Sequence record: OY723365.1
DNA length: 9,376 nucleotides
Strand: one strand, 5' to 3'
Shown: positions 1-6,440 of the stretch, in pieces
Numbering within the stretch: the stretch's first letter is position 1
Layout: the number at the start of each line of letters is the position of its first letter
Made by a program: the position numbers and the translations under genes
The notes under the pieces: generated by a model
What the model saw: the letters and a program-made list of their open reading frames with translations, nothing else
The model's database searches: none
Told to the model about the DNA's origin: nothing

Positions 1-161
1 TATCTAGAGGATGTGGTCTCCATAGGTATCGTGGGCATATCCCCTACCCTATGATATAGGTACCATGCAGAGCATGTGTACTCCTTATAGCATATGTAGT
101 GATCCCCATGGTGTCTAAGGGATCTGGTGATGTACTGGATATCACCATAATCATGTAATCT

Positions 162-775
162 GAGTACATCAAATCATGTGTTTCATGTCATCAAATGCAT
201 GCAATATCATGATATCTGGTGGTCTACTGGATACCCTCTATATGTCATATAGTACCCGAATACCTGCAAGGGCGGATCCTTATGATTCCCCTTGTACGGA
301 TATGCTGTAGTACTAGTGTTAGTGGGTACCATAATGAGTACATATCGAGTACTTCATATCATCAGATCATGTGTTTCATGTCATCAAATGCATGCCAATA
401 CCATGATATCTGGTGTTACTGGATACTCCCTATATACCATATAGTACTCCATACACCTCTGCATGGTGTAATGGTACCTATACTCCCCATGTACTGTATA
501 TCATAGTATACATGGTACTAATGGTGTGTATGCTGTTGTACTAGTGGTATTAGATGTGTATACCTACTCATAATGAGTACTTCATGTCATCAAAACACAT
601 GATTTCATGTCATCAAATGCATGCCAATACCATGATATCTGGTGTTACAGGGACTCCTCTAGATACCCATAGTACTCCATATACTCCCGTAATGGTGTAA
701 TGGTACCCGTAGCCCCCATGTCCTATATACCATAGGATACATGGTCTGCTGGTATGTATCTAGTAGTACTCGTTG
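162..775. repeat. Subrepeat array S1 of unit A (3 units of about 193-229 bp)
   Basis: The anchor catgtcatcaaatgcatgc starts at 184, 377 and 606. The shared unit body is ...catgatatctggtg..tactggatac..tatataccatatagtactccatacacctctgcatggtgtaatggtacc..ccccatgtactgtata..catggtactaatggtgtgtatgctgttgtactagtggtattagatgtgtatacctactcataatgagtac. Confidence 0.85.
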
Positions 776-791
776 CCTGTACCCCTCCGAA

Positions 792-1010
792 AGGGTCTAA
801 ATACACCATTTTAGGGGTCCAAAACACCCATTTAGGGTCCTAAAAGTGCTCATGGGGGTACCCCCACGAGCCCTTTTTATGACCATTTCTGGGCTTGATT
901 TGCGGACCCCTTTTGGGGGATTGAATCACCCGTTTTGGGTCCTCCAGAAAGGTGCCAAAAGTGGTCATTTTAGACACCCCAAATCATGTATTTGGACCCT
1001 TTTGGGGACC
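792..1010. repeat. Block of degenerate 21-25-bp GGGTCC-AAAA-N-CATTTT-AGGG motifs (T-block 1, unit A)
   Basis: Consecutive units: agggtctaaatacaccatttt / aggggtccaaaacacccattt / agggtcctaaaagtgctcat ... ggtgccaaaagtggtcatttt / agacaccccaaatcatgtattt / ggacccttttggggacc. Confidence 0.75.
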
Positions 1011-1207
1011 TCATACCATGTCACCATCCTCTGTGCACATACCATGTATCTAGAGGATATGGTCTCCATAGGTATCATGAGGGATACCCCTACCCTATGA
1101 TATAGGTACCATGCAGAGCATGTGTACTCCTTAGAGCATATGTAGTGATCCCCATGGTCTCTAAGGGATCTGGTGATGTCTTGGATATCACCATAATCAT
1201 GTAATCT
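985..1207. repeat. Junction+head module (about 223 bp), internal copy in unit A. It defines a 1046-bp intra-unit duplication (1-1046 versus 1047 onward).
   Basis: catgtatttggaccc...ctctgtgcacataccatg|tatctagaggatatggtctccataggtatc... parallels 4277-4499 at roughly 90 percent identity by eye. It is nearly identical to 5516-5737. Confidence 0.85.
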
Positions 1208-1860
1208 GAGTACATCAAATCATGTGTTTTCATGTCATCAAATGCATGCAATACCATGATATCTGGTGTTACTGGATACCCTCATAGATACATATAGTAC
1301 TCCATACACCTCTGTAATGGTGGTATGTACCTGTATGCCCCATGTACTGTATACTACTGTATACATGGTACTAATGGTGTACATGGTGTAGTACTAGAGG
1401 TATTAGATGTGTATGCATACTACTAATGAGTACATGTAGACACCACATGCTCTGCAAGTTGGACCTTCTTCCAGTTCCCTTGAGGGATATGGGGTCCACT
1501 GGTACATGGGGTATATACTGCAGGTATCCCCTATACTGTACATAGTACTAGTAATGGTGTATACTGAGTACTTAGTGTGTATGCATACTGTTAATGAGTA
1601 CATCGAATCATGTGTTTCATGTCATCAAATGCATGCAAGTACATGATATCTGGTGACTACTGGATACTCCCTATATACCATATAGTACTCCATACACCTC
1701 TGCATGGTGTAATGGTACCCGTACTCCCCATGTACTGTATACCATAGGATACATGGTACTAATGGTGTGTATGCTGTTGTACTAGTGGTATTAGATGTGT
1801 ATACCTACTCATAATGAGTACTTCATGTCATCAAATGCATGCATTTACATGATGATACTG
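1208..1860. repeat. Subrepeat array S2 of unit A (same family, 3 anchors, one unit interrupted)
   Basis: Anchors at 1231, 1618 and 1824. More degenerate relatives of the anchor continue to about 2300, for example gcaaaccatgtgttcagatgtctcgaaacatgtgttttggtgtcatgac. Confidence 0.8.
1437..1604. repeat. Unit-A-specific extra segment of 168 bp, absent from unit B
   Basis: taatgagtacat occurs at 1424 and again at 1592, 168 bp apart. The flanks 1366-1436 and 1545-1604 are imperfect direct repeats. Unit B goes straight from the equivalent of 1436 into the next anchor (6660-6700). Confidence 0.75.
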
Positions 1861-2405
1861 CTCATGAGTACCTACCCGTAGTAGTATACATGTAGTATCC
1901 ATGGTATACATAGTACTCGTAGTGTATGCTGTTAGGCTATGATGTAGGGGTATCCCGTACCCCTCATACCATCCGTGCATACTACTAGTATCCTGTATAT
2001 CACTAGATACTGTATATGATCATACGTGCAAACCATGTGTTCAGATGTCTCGAAACATGTGTTTTGGTGTCATGACATACACATTCTATACTACTAATGA
2101 GTACCTATCCATGGTATGTGCTGTAAGGGATACTAGGGGATATGGTGTATACCTCTAATGGGGCATATGCTGCCATTAGGGATACCCCCAATACCTGTAG
2201 TACTCTGTATAGCTCATTATGCCATGATATGCAATAGTAGTGGATTCGCTCATCTCGACTAGATCATGTCACGAAATGACATGTTTTGGGAGGTGTGCCG
2301 ATACCCACTAGTAACACAGATACTGTATGGTCTGTAGGTATCCCCATTCCCTCGATAAAGAGGCATCAGGGGATATGCACATGCCACCAGTACACTAAGG
2401 ACTCT

Positions 2406-2660
2406 AAGGGGTGCCAAAAGGGGTCCAAAAGTGCTCATTTTAGGGGTACCCGTAAATGGCATAATTGCCCCGATTTCGCGTACTCATATTCCTAAGGTCA
2501 CTGTAAGGAATATGGTCTCCGGCGATGGCATTCCCATTGTGTGCATCCGAAAAGGGCATAAAATGACCCATTTTAGGCACTTTTGGGCCTTTTGGGGTCG
2601 CAAATGTGCACATTAAGACCCCTAATGTCTCCAAAAGGGTCCAAAATGATGCATTCGTTT
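2406..2660. repeat. T-block 2, unit A (two sub-blocks, 2406-2452 and 2549-2660)
   Basis: aaggggtgccaaaaggggtccaaaagtgctcattttaggggtaccc, then aaagggcataaaatgacccattttaggcacttttgggccttttggggtcgc...ccaaaagggtccaaaatgatgcattcgttt. Confidence 0.7.
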
Positions 2661-2684
2661 TCTGTCTGACTCGGATCCGCCCTT

Positions 2685-2702
2685 CGCGCGCGCGCGCGTG
2701 TG
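2685..2702. repeat. (CG)7(TG)2 alternating purine-pyrimidine tract, unit A
   Basis: cgcgcgcgcgcgcgtgtg read directly, preceded by the palindrome cggatccg at 2672-2679. Confidence 0.9.
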
Positions 2703-2821
2703 TTACTATACACTAAGGGCACACAATTTAGGGGTTCCGAGCACCTCCAGACCCCCAATCCGACACCCTCTGGGATACCCTATCTGAGGGGTACGGGCCC
2801 GAATCCCTTAGGAGCACCTTA

Positions 2822-2847
2822 GGGATGGCATTGGGGAGGGGTCTGGG
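2822..2847 (+). other. G-quadruplex-type motif (GGG-N8-GGGG-N1-GGGG-N3-GGG), unit A
   Basis: gggatggcattggggaggggtctggg. It has four G-runs, and the first loop is 8 nt, just outside the strict N1-7 definition. The identical motif is at 7896-7921. Confidence 0.4.
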
Positions 2848-3108
2848 AGCACCCAGAAAGGGTCCCAAAACGAGTGATTTAGGGTCCAAAACACCCATTT
2901 TGGGAGGTCTCGGGATACCTCAGATACCCCATTTCTGGAGGTCTTGGGGTCCTCAGATCATGGCATCCGTGTCCTCAGATACCTAATACCTATGGTCTGC
3001 GAGTCCCTAGTACCTATCTGCATGGTCTGTATGTCCGTATCCTCTGTGCCATGTCCTCTGTGCATGTCCTCAGTACCTCTCTGCGAGTCCTTAGTACCTA
3101 ATGCCTAT

Positions 3109-3156
3109 ACCTATCTGCATACCTATCTGCATACCTATCTGCATACCTATCTGCAC
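3109..3156. repeat. 12-bp minisatellite (acctatctgcat) x4 in unit A
   Basis: Units at 3109-3120, 3121-3132, 3133-3144 and 3145-3156; the last unit ends in c. The ORF-track peptide shows YLHT repeated. Confidence 0.95.
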
Positions 3157-3590
3157 AGGTCCTCAGATACATCGCGAGCATCTCCAGACCCCCGGATCTC
3201 ATGATCTGATGGTCTCCGGATCCGCTCATGGTCTCCAGATCTGCACATCCCCAGACCCCTAATCCGATACCCACAGCATATGGTCTCATAGTATGTATCT
3301 AATGGTGATGGTATCCATAGTGGTCTGTATCCCTACTACACACCCCATGGTATGTAGTGCATATGGTCTGCATGCCCTCATGGTCTCCGGATCCCTGCAT
3401 CCCTGGATCCCATACCCATGGCATCCCCAGACCCCCGGATCTCATGATTTGAGACCCCAAATCCATCATTTTGAGACCTCTAAAATCATCATTTTAGACC
3501 CCAAAACCATGGATTTCAGGTCCTCAGATATGCTCTCCGGGATGCTCGTAATGGTCATAATGGCTCTCAGAGGATATGGGGATACTCCCC

Positions 3591-3654
3591 GTAGGCCTCT
3601 CGGTAGCCCAGGATGCACGGAGGGACATTCCCTGTGGAGGTGATCTCCTCAGGT
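3591..3654. repeat. 64-bp conserved core, occurrence 1 of 4
   Basis: gtaggcctctcggtagcccaggatgcacggagggacattccctgtggaggtgatctcctcaggt. The same 64-mer is at 4142-4205, 8629-8692 and 9180-9243. An imperfect extension runs upstream (3557-3590 vs 4108-4141). Confidence 0.9.
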
Positions 3655-3679
3655 ATCCCGTATGCCATATCCTGTCATT

Positions 3680-3806
3680 AGGTACCCATTCCGACCCATT
3701 TGGTGTCCCCAAAATCATCACTTTTGGTGACCAAAGGGGTACCCCTTTGCAACACGTTTTGGGACCCCCTAAAATGGTCACTTTTGGGACCTATTTAGGT
3801 ACCCTT
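3680..3806. repeat. T-block with dyad motifs, unit A
   Basis: ggtacccattccgacccatttggtgtccccaaaatcatcacttttggtgaccaaaggggtacccctttgcaacacgttttgggaccccctaaaatggtcacttttgggacc. Smaller blocks of the same family lie at 2857-2952, 3446-3513 and 4251-4302. Confidence 0.7.
3732..3749. repeat. Perfect 18-bp palindrome caaaggggtacccctttg, unit A (also 8770-8787)
   Basis: The sequence equals its own reverse complement and is centred on gtac. It is immediately preceded by the dyad ccaaaa-tcatcac-ttttgg at 3708-3726. Confidence 0.85.
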
Positions 3807-3987
3807 CCCGGCACCCCTTAAGGGCCATCCTTCGAGGAATGGCACCATTTAGGGGGTCTGAAAGGGGGTCAGAAAGGGTGCTAAAAGGGTACATGCATGA
3901 GTACTCACACACCATCTTTAAGGGGTTTCGGGGGTTCTGTATCCCTCGAAGGATCCCCCTTAGTATATGGGGTGGTGTTCCCATGTG

Positions 3988-4092
3988 CAAAAGGGGCTAA
4001 AAGTGGTGTTTTCGACCCTTTTTGCATGCCAAAACCACCAAAATCGATGGTTTTGAGCACCCCAAATCACTCATTTTGGGGGTTTCGGGCCC
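3988..4092. repeat. T-block, unit A
   Basis: caaaaggggctaaaagtggtgttttcgaccctttttgcatgccaaaaccaccaaaatcgatggttttgagcaccccaaatcactcattttgggggtttcgggccc. Confidence 0.7.
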
Positions 4093-4141
4093 TGTCCAAT
4101 ACCCTCCATAATGGTCTCTTAGAGGATATGGGGTACTGCAT

Positions 4142-4205
4142 GTAGGCCTCTCGGTAGCCCAGGATGCACGGAGGGACATTCCCTGTGGAGGTGATCTCCT
4201 CAGGT
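4142..4205. repeat. 64-bp conserved core, occurrence 2 of 4
   Basis: Exact copy of 3591-3654, 551 bp downstream. The flanks are diverged: ...aggtatcccgtatgcc versus ...aggttccataatgcc. Confidence 0.9.
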
Positions 4206-4276
4206 TCCATAATGCCCTAGATGTGCTAATCCCGTGCCGATACCTACTCGCAACACATGTTTTGGGACCCCTAAAA

Positions 4277-4499
4277 CATGTATTTCGACCCATTTGGGGT
4301 CCTCATACCATGGCACCATCCTCTGTGCACATACCATGTATCTAGAGGATGTGGTCTCCATAGGTATCGTGGGCATATCCCCTACCCTATGATATAGGTA
4401 CCATGCAGAGCATGTGTACTCCTTATAGCATATGTAGTGATCCCCATGGTGTCTAAGGGATCTGGTGATGTACTGGATATCACCATAATCATGTAATCT
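4277..4499. repeat. Junction+head module spanning the copy A / copy B boundary
   Basis: 4339-4499 is identical by eye to 1-161, and 4277-4338 is identical to 9315-9376. It is a paralog of 985-1207 and 5516-5737. Confidence 0.9.
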
Positions 4500-5306
4500 G
4501 AGTACATCAGATCATGTGTTTCATGTCATCAAATGCATGCAATATCATGATATCTGGTGGTCTACTGGATACCCTCTATATGTCATATAGTACCCGAATA
4601 CCTGCAAGGGCGGATCCTTATGATTCCCCTTGTACGGATATGCTGTAGTACTAGTGTTAGTGGGTACCATAATGAGTACATATCGAGTACTTCATATCAT
4701 CAGATCATGTGTTTCATGTCATCAAATGCATGCAATATCATGATATCTGGTGGTCTACTGGATACCCTCTATATGTCATATAGTACCCGAATACCTGCAA
4801 GGGCGGATCCTTATGATTCCCCTTGTACGGATATGCTGTAGTACTAGTGTTAGTGGGTACCATAATGAGTACATATCGAGTACTTCATATCATCAGATCA
4901 TGTGTTTCATGTCATCAAATGCATGCCATTACATGATATCTGGTGTCTACTGGATACTCCCTATATACCATATAGTACTCCATACACCTCTGCATGGTGT
5001 AATGGTACCCGTACTCCCCATGTACTGTATACCATAGTATACATGGTACTAATGGTGTGTATGCTGTTGTACTAGTGGTATTAGATGTGTATACCTACTC
5101 ATAATGAGTACTTCATGTCATCAAATCATGTGTTTTCATGTCATCAAATGCATGCCAATACCATGATATCTGGTGTTACAGGGACTCCTCTAGATACCCA
5201 TAGTACTCCATATACTCCCGTAATGGTGTAATGGTACCCGTAGCCCCCATGTCCTATATACCATAGGATACATGGTCTGCTGGTATGTATCTAGTAGTAC
5301 TCGTTG
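4500..5306. repeat. Subrepeat array S1 of unit B (4 units, one more than unit A)
   Basis: Anchors at 4522, 4715, 4908 and 5137, with spacings of 193, 193 and 229. Confidence 0.85.
4505..4926. repeat. Perfect tandem duplication with a 193-bp period (about 2.2 copies)
   Basis: 4505-4733 equals 4698-4926 by eye. The ORF-track peptides starting at 4557 and 4750 share their first 59 residues exactly. Unit A has only one copy of this unit. Confidence 0.9.
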
Positions 5307-5322
5307 CCTGTACCCCTCCGAA

Positions 5323-5541
5323 AGGGTCTAAATACACCATTTTAGGGGTCCAAAACACCCATTTTAGGGTCCTAAAAGTGCTCATGGGGGTACCCCCACG
5401 AGCCCTTTTTATGACCATTTCTGGGCTTGATTTGCGGACCCCTTTGGGGGATTGAATCACCCGTTTTGGGTCCTCCAGAAAGGTGCCAAAAGTGGTCATT
5501 TTAGACACCCCAAATCATGTATTTGGACCCTTTTGGGGACC
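5323..5541. repeat. T-block 1, unit B
   Basis: Counterpart of 792-1010, with two compensating 1-bp indels (cattt/catttt and cccctttt/ccccttt). Confidence 0.75.
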
Positions 5542-5737
5542 TCATACCATGTCACCATCCTCTGTGCACATACCATGTATCTAGAGGATATGGTCTCCAT
5601 AGGTATCATGAGGGATACCCCTACCCTATGATATAGGTACCATGCAGAGCATGTGTACTCCTTAGAGCATATGTAGTGATCCCCATGGTCTCTAAGGGAT
5701 CTGGTGATGTCCTGGATACCACCATAATCATGTAATT
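5516..5737. repeat. Junction+head module, internal copy in unit B
   Basis: Counterpart of 985-1207. Differences seen: two substitutions in ggtgatgtcctggatacc and a 1-bp deletion in gtaattgag. Confidence 0.85.
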
Positions 5738-5784
5738 GAGTACATGAAATCATGTGTTTTGATGTCATGATTTGATGCCATGAT

Positions 5785-6440
5785 CTCATGATCTGATGGT
5801 ATGATGAGTACATACTACTACATACTACTAGTACATGCATGCCATACCACCATAGTACCACTGTATGGTATGGTACAGGGTTAAGGTGCTATCCCTGAGG
5901 ATGACCTATTCTGTGCATGCAGATAGTAGTGTATCTGTTCATAGTACTACTCATACTACTACATCATTCCATACCACCATTGTATCATGTATTCCATACC
6001 ACCATTGTATACATTGCATGGTATGATGAGTAGGTGTATACATGTAGTGTACTAGTACTCTGTATGCTGCTAGTGCTTAGTACAGTGATTAGTACGTTGT
6101 ACAGATGATAGGCACATCATCACGTAGTACTCTGCAGACGTGTTGTGCATGATACCATGTAGTGATACTCATACTAATACCACTAAGAGCAGTGATGGAT
6201 AGCACTAGCAGTATAGCTAGATGTATGCTAGTAGCTCCTCTTACTCCATACGTGCTGTGTGCTATGCATTACGCACATTGTGGTGTACATGATGGTAGGA
6301 CAGTACTAGGGTAATGTTAAAGGTCACGTTATCGTCTACTAGTGCATAGTCTCCCTCCTGGTCCCTCACTCCCTGTATGGCAGTGTATAGACCATGTAGA
6401 GATACTATGCACTAATACGATGTGTATACCTATCCATTAA
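5785..6440. other. Unit-B-specific block of about 650 bp with no counterpart in unit A
   Basis: Homology to unit A decays after about 5760-5785 and resumes at about 6440-6473. The block is bracketed by two degenerate copies of the subrepeat anchor, at 5741-5783 and 6454-6500. Confidence 0.8.

Larger units (their letters stand above)
1..4338. repeat. Macro-repeat unit, copy A (4338 bp), first of two head-to-tail copies
   Basis: 1-218 matches 4339-4556 (offset 4338; one substitution seen, a172 vs g4510). 219-1046 aligns to 4750-5577 (offset 4531/4532). 1824-3108 aligns to 6898-8182 (offset 5074). 3157-4338 aligns to 8195-9376 (offset 5038). ORF-track peptides at 2259-2758 and 3293-3643 recur letter-for-letter at 7333-7832 and 8331-8681. 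Confidence 0.95.

Noticed and set aside
809-837. A true telomere array (TTTAGGG / TTTTAGGG)
   Set aside because: There are only single heptamer or octamer cores embedded in longer motifs, present in both orientations and never tandemly iterated.
792-1010. A CRISPR-array reading of the short-motif blocks, or of the 193-bp arrays
   Set aside because: The 21-25-bp units abut each other without unique spacers of comparable length and are degenerate, not near-identical. The 193-229-bp units are far too long for CRISPR repeats. There is no leader or cas context.
1444-1456. A 13-nt inverted match (cacatgctctgca) to the head-module segment tgcagagcatgtg at 66-78, considered as evidence of an inverted head fragment
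   Set aside because: Similarity does not extend beyond 13 nt. About one such inverted 13-mer match is expected by chance in a window of this size, and more are expected given the biased composition.
2795-2807. tRNA T-arm-like gggcccgaatccc
   Set aside because: No acceptor stem, D-arm or anticodon arm can be drawn around it, and it lacks the GTTCGA consensus.
3969-3979. Kinetoplast minicircle universal-sequence-like ggggtggtgtt (compare GGGGTTGGTGTA), given the possibly circular, gene-free, internally duplicated layout
   Set aside because: The match is imperfect, with one base missing. There are no CSB-1 or CSB-2 companions. The sequence is not A-tract-rich or bent-DNA-like, and the unit size and composition do not fit known minicircles.
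5841-5851. 5S rRNA-like start gccataccacc, together with gatctcatgatctgatggtctccgga at 3195-3220, which resembles the 5S segment GATCTCGTCTGATCTCGGA
   Set aside because: The matches are only about 11-19 nt, are interrupted by insertions, lie 2.6 kb apart, and have no collinear remainder of a roughly 120-nt 5S gene.
5496-5861. The longest ORF in the window (121 aa, minus strand), and the other 60-116-aa ORFs in the track, considered as possible genes
   Set aside because: The peptides are low-complexity and rich in H, M, Y, C and W, and I recognise no domain. ORFs overlap antisense ORFs of similar length. Identical peptides recur only because the DNA is duplicated. Frame-breaking 1-bp and 193-bp differences between copies show no coding constraint.
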